In this document: positions 18,245 through 27,338 of the stretch, one piece after another
Layout: every line of letters starts with the position of its first letter
Numbering within the stretch: position 1 is the first letter of the stretch
IMG/VR virus record: IMGVR_UViG_3300042731_008016
Span: 36,840-100,839 of that record
Origin: a virus
DNA: 64,000 nt
Reading direction: 5' to 3' (one strand)
The notes under the pieces: generated by a model
Database searches by the model: none
Told to the model about the DNA's origin: nothing
What the model saw: only the letters and a program-made list of their open reading frames with translations
Made by a program: the position numbers and the translations under genes

Positions 18245-18308
18245 TGTATTGGCGACACGACATCCTTCCAAGTTGTAGAAAGGGGTTCGATTCCCCTATC
18301 CCGCTCCA
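18235..18308 (+). tRNA. tRNA-Gly(UCC)
   Basis: GCGGGAT/ATCCCGC acceptor, CT-TCC-AA loop, TTCGATT T loop, TCCA end. Confidence 0.92.
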
Positions 18309-18447
18309 AACATTATGATGTTGACAATATAATGTCGAAAAAACAAACATTATAATGTTGTTATTAATAAATCTAGGAGAAAAGACCATGACTATATAGT
18401 CGCCTAACCCATTATTTTGAAGGGCGACCCCGAAGGGGGTGATAGTC

Positions 18448-18636
18448 ATGAGTACGCCTAGAAAAGGCCGAGGTAAATCTGGTAGTAGAAAATACGGTAG
18501 AAACAAGGTCAAATGTGCCCTTTACCGTGTGCAAAATCGAAGAGAGAAAAATAAATTGAGAAAGCTAAAAAAACTCTCTAAGAAACAGCCAAACAACAAA
18601 CAGATTCCAAAGCTAATCAAAAAGCTAGAAGGATAA
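18448..18636 (+). CDS. small highly basic protein
   Basis: K/R-rich 62 aa; GGGGTG SD. Confidence 0.55.
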   Translation: MSTPRKGRGKSGSRKYGRNKVKCALYRVQNRREKNKLRKLKKLSKKQPNNKQIPKLIKKLEG

Positions 18637-18691
18637 TTAAATGTTAACCGATGCTAAATACCATCATAAAAGCTACGGCATCACCTTTCAT

Positions 18692-18765
18692 GGTGACGGT
18701 AGCTTAGTGGCAAAGCACTCGGTTGTGGTCAGAGGGACGGGGGTTCGAATCCCCTCCATCACCCA
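18692..18765 (+). tRNA. tRNA-His(GUG)
   Basis: G-1; GTGACGG/CCATCAC; TT-GTG-GT loop; TTCGAAT T loop. Confidence 0.88.
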
Positions 18766-18811
18766 AAGCACATTAAATAATCAACAGAACTAATTACATC
18801 CTGCGCATTAT

Positions 18812-18882
18812 TGCGGAGTGGTGTAACGGTAGCACGCTGGGCTTTGAACCCAGAGGTCTTTGTTCGAATCAAAGCTTCGCAT
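18812..18882 (+). tRNA. tRNA-Gln(UUG)
   Basis: TGCGGAG/CTTCGCA; CTGGG-CTTTGAA-CCCAG; CTTTG-TTCGAAT-CAAAG. Confidence 0.9.
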
Positions 18883-18924
18883 CATAGAATTGACAATATA
18901 TATTTGAATTAATAAAATAGTTCA

Positions 18925-19269
18925 ATGCCACATAAAAATGTAGATGCTAGAAGAGCTTATGCTAGAGAATATTATAAAAGAAATCCACAAAGATGGATTG
19001 AAAAAAATAAAAAACGTAAAAAAGAAATATATAAATTTATAAGCGAATATAAAAGAAAAAATGGGTGTAAATTATGTGATGAGAATGAACCAGTAGCTTT
19101 AGATTTTCATCATATAAATAAAAACAAAGAAATCAATTTAGCACACGCTCAAACTAGAATGTGGGGAAAAACAAGAATTTTAAAAGAAATTAATAAATGT
19201 GTTGTATTATGTGCAAATTGTCATAGAAAAGTAGAAGCTGGAATAATAAAATTATCCAGGGAAGCATAA
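18925..19269 (+). CDS. HNH endonuclease
   Basis: CKLC....ALDFHH....KCVVLCANCHRK. Confidence 0.85.
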   Translation: MPHKNVDARRAYAREYYKRNPQRWIEKNKKRKKEIYKFISEYKRKNGCKLCDENEPVALDFHHINKNKEINLAHAQTRMWGKTRILKEINKCVVLCANCHRKVEAGIIKLSREA

Positions 19270-19328
19270 TTGGCATTTGCATCGGACTGTTAATCCGAAG
19301 ACAGAAGGTTCGAATCCTTCTCCTGGAG
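19255..19328 (+). tRNA. tRNA-Asn(GUU)
   Basis: TCCAGGG/TCCTGGA; TCGGA-CTGTTAA-TCCGA; GAAGG-TTCGAAT-CCTTC. Confidence 0.9.
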
Positions 19329-19339
19329 CACCTTAAAAA

Positions 19340-19581
19340 TTTGATAGTTCGCACATGGGTGGCTGAATGAACCGCTATGCAGGGTTAAGGCACTATTGAT
19401 GAGTACCTCATTTAAGGGGGCTTAATTTGCTCACGATAGGTTGGGACGGTCACATATACCTAGTATGACTAAACTAAGACATACTACTGCAGAGATCGTC
19501 GTACTTGGGAAGTAAGTCCGAAGGAGGAGCAGAAGTGTTCGGTACGGAGGATGGTCTTCCCCCCAGTTGTGAGCTATCAAA
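19340..19581 (+). ncRNA. ~240-nt structured RNA of unassigned class
   Basis: 14-bp closing helix, several internal helices, elevated GC, no long ORF, inside the tRNA cluster. Confidence 0.6.
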
Positions 19582-19585
19582 ACAT

Positions 19586-19753
19586 ACCCGAATCGTCTAG
19601 TGGTTAGGACGGCATAAATTTAGCACTAGGACAAGCTCCCTAGGGCAACAAGAAATTGAAGCCCTCAATTAACAGGTTATGCTCGTTTCGAATGAGCATA
19701 ATTAGTAAAATGGGCCAAATGTGCAAACCTAGGTTCAAATCCTAGTTCGGGTT
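19586..19753 (+). tRNA. tRNA-like RNA with a 103-nt structured insert in place of the anticodon loop
   Basis: ACCCGAA/TTCGGGT acceptor; GTC-TAGTGGTTAG-GAC D arm; GCATA/TGTGC stem; CTAGG-TTCAAAT-CCTAG T arm. Confidence 0.75.
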
Positions 19754-19778
19754 CAAAAGATTATTAGGAAAAACAATT

Positions 19779-20114
19779 ATGGGTAGTAAATCATGGAAAA
19801 ATTTAGAATACGATGCTGCCGAAACACTCGGCGGAAAACGAATTAGCAGAGGAGCTAATTTCTCCGATTCAGCCCCAGATGTATGGATTGAAGATTTCCC
19901 AAAGTTCAAAATAGATACTAAAAGACGCAAAAAGTCTAATGCCTTGACGTTGTATAATGAAATCAAGGATAAATACTGTACAAAGAAGGGCGATCAGCCT
20001 ATTCTTATAATAAGGCAACATTACAAAAAAACAGCCTTAGCAGTTATAGATATAAAGTTGTTGGCAAAATTATTCGATTTTGTCAGAGAACATGAAGGTC
20101 AAGATGGGTTCTAA
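19779..20114 (+). CDS. PD-(D/E)XK resolvase-like nuclease
   Basis: WKNLEYDAA..LGGKR...APDV.....IDTKRR. Confidence 0.6.
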   Translation: MGSKSWKNLEYDAAETLGGKRISRGANFSDSAPDVWIEDFPKFKIDTKRRKKSNALTLYNEIKDKYCTKKGDQPILIIRQHYKKTALAVIDIKLLAKLFDFVREHEGQDGF

Positions 20115-20940
20115 TTACACTATTGCAGTTATAGGTTACACAGGAATGGTCGGCAGTCCGATCTACAGATGGTTTAAAGAACGAGGGGATAAAGTAATGG
20201 GTTGGACTCCAAGCAAACAAACTCATTCTTTTGACGAAATAAACAAAGAAGCAGATTATATTTTTATTGCAGTTCCAACTCCCTTCAACTGGGAAACAAA
20301 TAAACCAAGTATTGACTTCATAGAACAAAATCTTGCTAAGTTAGCAGACGGAAAAAGAGTAGTAATTAAATCAACAATTCTTCCAGGAACAACAAGAGAA
20401 CTTCAAAAACAATATCCAAATTTAAACATACTTTTCAATCCAGAATTTTTAAGTGCAAAAACTAATTGGGAAGATTTCATTAATCCAGATCGTCAATTAA
20501 TTGGGTATACAAAACAAAGTTATCAATATGCCACAGAAGTTTTAAATATACTTCCAGAGAGTCCTTATGGCATGATAATGAAATCAACTGAAGCAGAAAT
20601 ATGTAAATATGTTAATAATTTCCATGGCTCATTAATGGTTATCTTTGCCAATTTCTTTTACGATATTTGTGAGAAGACTGATGCAGACTTTGAAGTTGTC
20701 AAGGAAGCTTCTCAAGCATCAAAATGGGTTGGATCTCCTATGGGAAGAATGTATTGGAATGTTTTCCATGGAGGATTCAGAGGTTTTGGTGGTGGATGTT
20801 TCCCTAAAGATATGAACTCGTTATTGGTTTGGGCCAAAGAAATGGGTCTTTCTCCAGATGTTTTGGAAGCTACAATTGAAGTTAATAAAAAATTATTAGC
20901 TGAACAAAATATGACTGAGGAAGAAGCTCAAAAAGCATGA
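20104..20940 (+). CDS. UDP-glucose/GDP-mannose dehydrogenase family protein (short form)
   Basis: IAVPTP, KSTILPGTT, NPEFL, GFGGGCFPKD. Confidence 0.88.
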   Translation: MGSNYTIAVIGYTGMVGSPIYRWFKERGDKVMGWTPSKQTHSFDEINKEADYIFIAVPTPFNWETNKPSIDFIEQNLAKLADGKRVVIKSTILPGTTRELQKQYPNLNILFNPEFLSAKTNWEDFINPDRQLIGYTKQSYQYATEVLNILPESPYGMIMKSTEAEICKYVNNFHGSLMVIFANFFYDICEKTDADFEVVKEASQASKWVGSPMGRMYWNVFHGGFRGFGGGCFPKDMNSLLVWAKEMGLSPDVLEATIEVNKKLLAEQNMTEEEAQKA

Positions 20941-21602
20941 CTGACTTAAATGCCCTATTACCAAATCCAAAAGATATTAATTTATCTGCAGCTCACGTTG
21001 ATTTTAAACACCTAGATAAAACAGCTCTCAGACGTGCAAAAGTTCGTGAATTAATGCAGATGGGTTACAACAATACCCAAATTTCCCTAATTTTAGAAAA
21101 AGGAATTAGAGTTGGTGAGGGAAATGAACAAAAAGAAGTTCAAGTCCCCTGTAGTGAAGGTACTATCAGAAATGATATTAACTACATTCAAACTGAGTTC
21201 CTTTCAGCTGATGATGACATGTTGGTCAAAAGAGGCGAGCTTCTAGATAAACTTGGATTTCTTTATAATCAAGCTGTATCAAATTACACAACAGCAAAAG
21301 GGGCAGTTAAAAATAGTTTCTTGAATACAGCTTTAAATGTTATTAATAAGATTATGGAGGTTGAAGGTGTAAAATCTCCAGAGAATCTTAATGTTAATCT
21401 AAATGCAGAAGCTAAAGTAGCTCAGTTTGCTGCAGAAATACATAAATTAAGCGAAAATGACAAATCTACTATTCTCAGCGCAATTCGAAAAGTTCGTGAG
21501 GGACGCTTCAACAAAGGAAATGGAGAATCTGGAGTTTCTGATTCAGAACCCGAAGTACGAGCATCGACCAGTAACGATGAAGGAGTTCCTGGAGAATCCT
21601 AA
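20937..21602 (+). CDS. probable terminase small subunit
   Basis: HTH-like N-terminus plus helices, directly upstream of TerL. Confidence 0.55.
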   Translation: MTDLNALLPNPKDINLSAAHVDFKHLDKTALRRAKVRELMQMGYNNTQISLILEKGIRVGEGNEQKEVQVPCSEGTIRNDINYIQTEFLSADDDMLVKRGELLDKLGFLYNQAVSNYTTAKGAVKNSFLNTALNVINKIMEVEGVKSPENLNVNLNAEAKVAQFAAEIHKLSENDKSTILSAIRKVREGRFNKGNGESGVSDSEPEVRASTSNDEGVPGES

Positions 21603-24600
21603 ATTTGTTAATCCACAGGATGCTCCAAGACCTCATAATAAGCAACTCTTAATCGATATTTTTGATAGCGGTAAAACATTTGAAGATTTTGAGAACCTTG
21701 GTAAATACGAGGAGGCTCTCTATATTGCTGGAATTGGGAGTGGTAAATGTCTTGCTAGGGGAACCAAAATCATCCGCTATTCAGGTAAGGTTGATGTTGT
21801 AGAAAATATTAAACAAGGTGACTTGTTAATGGGCTGGGACAGTAAGCCAAGAAAGGTGATCTCACTATCAAGGGGCAGGGAAAAATTATATAAAGTAACT
21901 CCAACTAAAGGCGAACCTTTTATCATAAATCAATCCCATATTTTGTCGCTTAAAAGAACAAACAGGGGTATTATTGCCAATAATGGCAGGTTAGATCAAA
22001 AAGCAGGAGAGATAATAAACATATCAGTCTTGGAATATCTAGAGTTAAGCAACAAAATGAAGAACATTTTAAAACTATGGAGGGTTGGTATAAATTTTAA
22101 GAAAAAGAAGGTTAGTATAGATCCATACTTTTTGGGACTATGGTTGGGGGACGGTAATTCTCATAATATCGGAATCGCCACACAGGACATTGAGATTAAG
22201 AATGAAATATATAAACAAGCAAAAGTTTGTGGACTCGTGGTAAATATTAATCAAAATAAAAACAAAACTTGTCCAACATATATTGTCACAAGTGGAACAA
22301 AGTTGGGAAGTAAAAACAGAAATTCGCTATTAGAAAATTTTAAACAATATAATCTCATCAAAAATAAATATATTCCGCAAGTATATAAATTCAACTCAAA
22401 GAAAATCAGATTACAGTTGTTAGCAGGGCTAATTGATAGCGATGGATATCAAGGAAATAACTGTTTGGAGTTTTCCAATAAAAATAAAACCTTAATTGAT
22501 GATATTACATACCTGTGTCGTTCGTTAGGTTTTGCTGCCTATATAAAACAAAGGAAAACTTCCTGCAATGGAAAATCATTCATATCATATAGAGTTTCTA
22601 TATCGGGAGATTTAGAAAAAATTCCTGTTCAACTAGAAAGAAAAAAATGTACTAAAAGGACACAAAAGAAGGATGTTCTTTTAACTGGATTTAAAATAGA
22701 ACCTATTGGAATTGGTGATTATTATGGATTTGATGTAGATAGAGACCATTTGTATTTATTAGGTGATTTCACAGTTACCCATAATTCTTATGTTTCCTCA
22801 ATGGCCATTGTTTATAATATTTATCGTCTTCTTTGCTTAAAAGATCCACAAGCCTATTTTAAATTTGCTAAAGGCACAAAGATTGCTTTTATTAACATTT
22901 CCACATCTTTTTCACAAGCTAAGGATGTTGTTTTTAGCGAAATTAAAAACCGTGTTGATAACAACCAATGGTTTCAAAACTTCTTTCCACCTAACCCGAG
23001 AATTAAATCACTTCTTCAATTCCCTAAAAATATTTATATTTTGCCTCTAGGATCAAATGAAGAGTCTCCTCTCGGATACAATATTTTTGGAGCCGTCATT
23101 GACGAGGCTTCATTTCATACTTTAACTAAAGATAAAGATTACGCTGAAGAATCTTATAACCAGATTAAGAAACGTATTCGTTCTCGATTTTTATCTAAAG
23201 GAAAACTTTTCATTATTACTTCACCTCGGTACGTTTATGACTTCGCTGAGAAGAAAATGGAAGAGGAAGCTGATAATCCAAAAGTTTATAAAAAAAGAAC
23301 TCCTCTCTGGGATGCTATGCCACCAGATAGATTCTCTGGACAAAAATTTGATCTAGGCAAATATCTCCCCGCCTATAAGGGCGTCATGGTCCCCGTGGAA
23401 TACGAGGACGAGTTCAAACAAAATCCCGAGAAAGCCATGCGGGACTATGGCGCCCAACCATCTCAAGCTATCCAAAGCTTTTTTGCTAATCCATCAATCA
23501 TTGATGATAATGCTAATTATGATAGAAAACACCCAATTAATCCCAAAGATGGTGAATTTCACACATGGTTTTTCAACAGAGCAAGTCAAGAAGATTATGA
23601 TTCAGATAAAAGATTTATTCATGTTGACCTTGGACTTAATAGAGAAGGAAAAGGCGACTGTGCTGGGTTTGCTATGGGTAAATTTGATGGATGGATTGAA
23701 AAACAGAGTACATCTGGAAAAATGGAAAAGCGTCCAAAAGTTAAAATTGATCTTATGTTAAGAATTGAGGCTGGACCACGCAAAGAAATTAAATTTGAAG
23801 AAATCAGACAAATGATCTATAAAATCAGAGATATTGGTTATAATATTCACAAGATTACTTTTGATGGTTGGCAAAGCGAAATTGGAAGTACAATGGTCAA
23901 GTTGCTTGATGGGACAAACAAAAGAATGGATGAAATTACAAACGGTGCTTGGATTTATTCATTTGACTTAAATAAAAAAGAAATTGTCCCAGCCTTTTGT
24001 AAACCAGTAAAACAAACTGGAATAAATGCTCCAGTTTACGAAATCATCATAGATAATGGACAAAAAATATACCTAACAAAAGAACATCCATTGTTAATGA
24101 AAAATGGAACCTATAAACAAGTAGAGTTTCTTAAATGTGGAGATAGTTTGATGCCATTTAATACAAGCTTTTTAGAAAGAAAAAACAAAACTAATACAAA
24201 ACCAAGACAATATGAAAAAATATTCCAACCAAATACAAATACTTGGGAAATGACACATGATATGGTTGCTAGGAATGTTTATGGAGAAAAACCAAAAAAT
24301 AATGTAGTTCATCATAAAGATTTTAATTCTCTAAATAATGAACCAGACAATTTAGAGTATTTATATGTTAAGAAGCATACTGCATATCATCGAAAATTAA
24401 CTCAAAAATCTAATCAAATCAGATGGTCAAAAAAAGGTGAAAGACGGAAGCAAGCTCAATTAATGAGAGATAGAAATAAAAAATATAATTTACCATCTTT
24501 ATTAAAACCACCAACTAAAGAGATTGCTAAAAAAATAGCACTAACAATTAAAAACAAATGGGACAATAATAACGAATATCAAGAAAAAATGGCAAAAAGA

Positions 24601-25203
24601 CCAGTATATTGTGGTGAGTATTCTCCACATTTTAATAGAGATATACCTAATGAAATATTATTTAAAGCCTGTGCTACCAGTAATTCTCTGGAAGAAGTTA
24701 AGCAAAAATTGAACCTTAAAAATACGTTTTTTGTTATAAGAAGATTAAAGACATTGGGTTACAAAGGATTCAAGGACTACAAATCACAAAAAAATCATAA
24801 AGTTGTATCTGTCAAATTTCATGGATATGAGGATGTTTATGACATAGAAGTACCAAAATATAATAATTTTGGACTTTCGGCAGGTATATTTGTTCATAAT
24901 TCCATAGACTCTATTCAAATGCTTAATTCAGCTGGTTTTAAAGCTGAGACATTCTCAATCGATAGGAATCCAGAAGCCTACTATACCGTCAAAGCTGCAA
25001 TTTTAGATGATCGTCTTGATTATTACTATTACGCACCATTTTCTGAAGAACTTAAACAACTTGAAGAAATTAAAGGCATGAAAATCGATCACCCTAGACA
25101 AGGAAAGAAAGACGTAGCTGATGCTGTAGCTGGAGTATGTTATCACGCTGCACAAGGAACTCCTGGTGTCGGATTTCTTGGAGTCAAACAGACACAATCT
25201 TGA
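21457..25203 (+). CDS. terL: terminase large subunit with two inteins
   Basis: GIGSGK|S Walker A, VIDEA Walker B, HVDLG, FDGWQ|S, KIDHP...KDVADAVAG nuclease motifs. Confidence 0.92.
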   Translation: MTNLLFSAQFEKFVRDASTKEMENLEFLIQNPKYEHRPVTMKEFLENPKFVNPQDAPRPHNKQLLIDIFDSGKTFEDFENLGKYEEALYIAGIGSGKCLARGTKIIRYSGKVDVVENIKQGDLLMGWDSKPRKVISLSRGREKLYKVTPTKGEPFIINQSHILSLKRTNRGIIANNGRLDQKAGEIINISVLEYLELSNKMKNILKLWRVGINFKKKKVSIDPYFLGLWLGDGNSHNIGIATQDIEIKNEIYKQAKVCGLVVNINQNKNKTCPTYIVTSGTKLGSKNRNSLLENFKQYNLIKNKYIPQVYKFNSKKIRLQLLAGLIDSDGYQGNNCLEFSNKNKTLIDDITYLCRSLGFAAYIKQRKTSCNGKSFISYRVSISGDLEKIPVQLERKKCTKRTQKKDVLLTGFKIEPIGIGDYYGFDVDRDHLYLLGDFTVTHNSYVSSMAIVYNIYRLLCLKDPQAYFKFAKGTKIAFINISTSFSQAKDVVFSEIKNRVDNNQWFQNFFPPNPRIKSLLQFPKNIYILPLGSNEESPLGYNIFGAVIDEASFHTLTKDKDYAEESYNQIKKRIRSRFLSKGKLFIITSPRYVYDFAEKKMEEEADNPKVYKKRTPLWDAMPPDRFSGQKFDLGKYLPAYKGVMVPVEYEDEFKQNPEKAMRDYGAQPSQAIQSFFANPSIIDDNANYDRKHPINPKDGEFHTWFFNRASQEDYDSDKRFIHVDLGLNREGKGDCAGFAMGKFDGWIEKQSTSGKMEKRPKVKIDLMLRIEAGPRKEIKFEEIRQMIYKIRDIGYNIHKITFDGWQSEIGSTMVKLLDGTNKRMDEITNGAWIYSFDLNKKEIVPAFCKPVKQTGINAPVYEIIIDNGQKIYLTKEHPLLMKNGTYKQVEFLKCGDSLMPFNTSFLERKNKTNTKPRQYEKIFQPNTNTWEMTHDMVARNVYGEKPKNNVVHHKDFNSLNNEPDNLEYLYVKKHTAYHRKLTQKSNQIRWSKKGERRKQAQLMRDRNKKYNLPSLLKPPTKEIAKKIALTIKNKWDNNNEYQEKMAKRPVYCGEYSPHFNRDIPNEILFKACATSNSLEEVKQKLNLKNTFFVIRRLKTLGYKGFKDYKSQKNHKVVSVKFHGYEDVYDIEVPKYNNFGLSAGIFVHNSIDSIQMLNSAGFKAETFSIDRNPEAYYTVKAAILDDRLDYYYYAPFSEELKQLEEIKGMKIDHPRQGKKDVADAVAGVCYHAAQGTPGVGFLGVKQTQS
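21748..22785 (+). mobile_element. intein 1 (346 aa) with LAGLIDADG endonuclease, in the TerL Walker A motif
   Basis: CLARGT...VTHN|S; FLGLWLGDG and LLAGLIDSDG. Confidence 0.93.
23875..24900 (+). mobile_element. intein 2 (342 aa, Ser1) with HNH endonuclease, in the TerL nuclease domain
   Basis: SEIGSTMVKLLDG; LTKEHPL; VHHKDFNSLNNEPDNL; VYDIEV...IFVHN|S. Confidence 0.9.
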
Positions 25204-25234
25204 CGTTTCCTAGAAACCCCAGTAAGATTAAAAA

Positions 25235-25684
25235 ATGTTAAGTTTACAATATTTAGCTGGATTTACTGACGCTGATGGAAGCATAACCATAAGCAAATTT
25301 AAAACAACAACTGGTTGTGGTCTAAAATTTAGAATTAGGGTTCGTATAGCAAACATAAGACTTGATATTTTAGAGCAAATTAAAAAACAATATGGTGGGT
25401 GGATAGAAAAAATACCAAGAAAAGCAAACGATAGACAATGTTATAGATGGTGTACTGCCGATAAATCTGCTGCTAAATTTTTACAGAAAATATATCCATA
25501 TTTATTTATTAAAAAGAAACAAGCAAGTATGTGTCTAGAACTTTATGAGATGAGTAAAAAATTAAAAACTCAAAGAAAAAATACTGGGCAATTTATAAAA
25601 GCATCTAAAAAAGAATTACAAAGGAAACTTCAATTAGTAGAAGAAATTAGATTGCTCAACAGACGTGGATTTTTAGGCGCATAA
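25235..25684 (+). CDS. LAGLIDADG homing endonuclease (single motif)
   Basis: YLAGFTDADGSI; PYLFIKKKQA. Confidence 0.9.
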   Translation: MLSLQYLAGFTDADGSITISKFKTTTGCGLKFRIRVRIANIRLDILEQIKKQYGGWIEKIPRKANDRQCYRWCTADKSAAKFLQKIYPYLFIKKKQASMCLELYEMSKKLKTQRKNTGQFIKASKKELQRKLQLVEEIRLLNRRGFLGA

Positions 25685-25762
25685 TAGTGTATACTCAAAT
25701 TAGGAATTTTTAGCAGAAACTTAATTTTATTTAAAAAAAATGCTAAAAAATAAAAAATAGAT

Positions 25763-27331
25763 ATGAAAATTCCAAAAATTTTCGAAAAAACCATCCTTAA
25801 TTCAGAACAAGTACAAGCTAAAGTTGAAGCTGCCAAAGACGAAGCTATAAAAAATGCGAAAGAAGAAATTGAACAGTCAGCTAAGACAAAATACAATAAA
25901 GAAGTTGTTAAAAGTGTAAACGAAGCTTTAGTTGCTGCTAAGAAGGATTGGGCTGTTGATACTGTAAAAGCAATGGATCGAAAGTTTGGAAAATCTAGAC
26001 AATATGTTTCAACTACTGGTAATTATGGTCAAGAAAAATTTAATGCTAAAAAATATGAATCTGGTAAAAACTACAATACTTTAACCACTTTATTTAGTGA
26101 TTCTCCTGGATCAATTCAAGCTGCTTCTCGTATAAAAGATGCTGTTCTTGGTGGTGGATATGTTATCAAACCAGAAGAGAAAAAAGGCACCAAACAAGAT
26201 TTTAAGAAATTAATTAATTTCTTTGATATGCCTAATCCAGATGACACAATTGAAACATTATTAGGTGTTTCTATTGAAAATTATTTAGCTTATGGAAATT
26301 TTTACTGGGAAAAAGTCCCAACAAGAGGTTCCGCAAATAAAAAGAAAAAAATTCTAGCATCGGTTTATAATCTTGATCCAACCAAAATGATTATTTTAGT
26401 TGATGCTGCTCAAAAGAAAAAAGGTGTGTTGGAAAAAGTTGGCTTTGCTAGAAAAACTGACCAAAATAAATCAGTAATTTACTCATTAGATGAGGTATTC
26501 CATGTTCGAAGACCAAGCAGAAAAGCTGATCTTTATGGTAGAGCTGTTTTAGAAGACAATATGGCCACTCTTCAACTTCTATTGAGAGCTGTTACTTTCA
26601 ATATTAATATTTTAAGAAATGGTGGTCGTCCACCTTTGCAATTAATTCTCCCTGAAGATTCTACTGAAGCTGATGCCGAAGCAGTATCAGCATGGTGGGA
26701 AAAGAACTATGAGGGACCACACAATGCTGGTAAAACACTGATTACATTTAAAGGAGCTAAAGCTGATCCCCTCGGAATCACTCCACAAGAAATGGCCTAT
26801 CTAGAATTGTTACGCTATGGTTTAAGACTCGTAGCTGGACAATATGGTGTTCCATTATTGTTAATGGGATTTCCAGAAGGTACAAATCGAGCTACTGCTT
26901 CAGAAGCCAGACGTTCATTTTATTTAACAAATATTTTCCAATTAAGAAAACTTATTTCTCAAAAAATAACTAGAGAGCTCATCAAAGACGGAATGGGTAT
27001 TGAGGGTTGGAGAATTGACTTTAAATCTGCTGGTCTAGAAGAATCAGAATCTTCACGAAGAGACTTCATGACTGGATGGGCTAAAGGTCTATACACATTT
27101 AATGAAGCTAGAATTGCAATGGGTCTATTACCAATTGATGAGAAATGGGCAAATAAATACTTCTTACTAGGCACAAAGAATGATTCATTGATCGAGATCG
27201 AAAAAGCTATTGGACGAGAACCAGATGATTCAAATCCAGATGATTCAAATCCAAAAACAAAGACTCCACCAGGGGAACATAGCCCTAGTGGTGATGACAA
27301 AACCAGTGACAATGATAAAGAAAACCAATAA
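25763..27331 (+). CDS. phage portal protein (HK97-like)
   Basis: PNPD, YGNFYWE, EVFHVR, NGGRP, GPHNAGK, YGVP, TFNEARIAMGLLPI; follows TerL. Confidence 0.9.
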   Translation: MKIPKIFEKTILNSEQVQAKVEAAKDEAIKNAKEEIEQSAKTKYNKEVVKSVNEALVAAKKDWAVDTVKAMDRKFGKSRQYVSTTGNYGQEKFNAKKYESGKNYNTLTTLFSDSPGSIQAASRIKDAVLGGGYVIKPEEKKGTKQDFKKLINFFDMPNPDDTIETLLGVSIENYLAYGNFYWEKVPTRGSANKKKKILASVYNLDPTKMIILVDAAQKKKGVLEKVGFARKTDQNKSVIYSLDEVFHVRRPSRKADLYGRAVLEDNMATLQLLLRAVTFNINILRNGGRPPLQLILPEDSTEADAEAVSAWWEKNYEGPHNAGKTLITFKGAKADPLGITPQEMAYLELLRYGLRLVAGQYGVPLLLMGFPEGTNRATASEARRSFYLTNIFQLRKLISQKITRELIKDGMGIEGWRIDFKSAGLEESESSRRDFMTGWAKGLYTFNEARIAMGLLPIDEKWANKYFLLGTKNDSLIEIEKAIGREPDDSNPDDSNPKTKTPPGEHSPSGDDKTSDNDKENQ

Positions 27332-27338
27332 TTACAAA

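Noticed and set aside
19340-19753. tmRNA or RNase P RNA
   Set aside because: No alanine-type acceptor with G3-U70 and ACCA end, no evident tag ORF, and no clear RNase P GAGGAAAGUCC signature.
21457-21602. Programmed frameshift fusing TerS and TerL (146-nt overlap)
   Set aside because: No clear slippery site; a later TerL start such as ATG 21520 would shorten the overlap.
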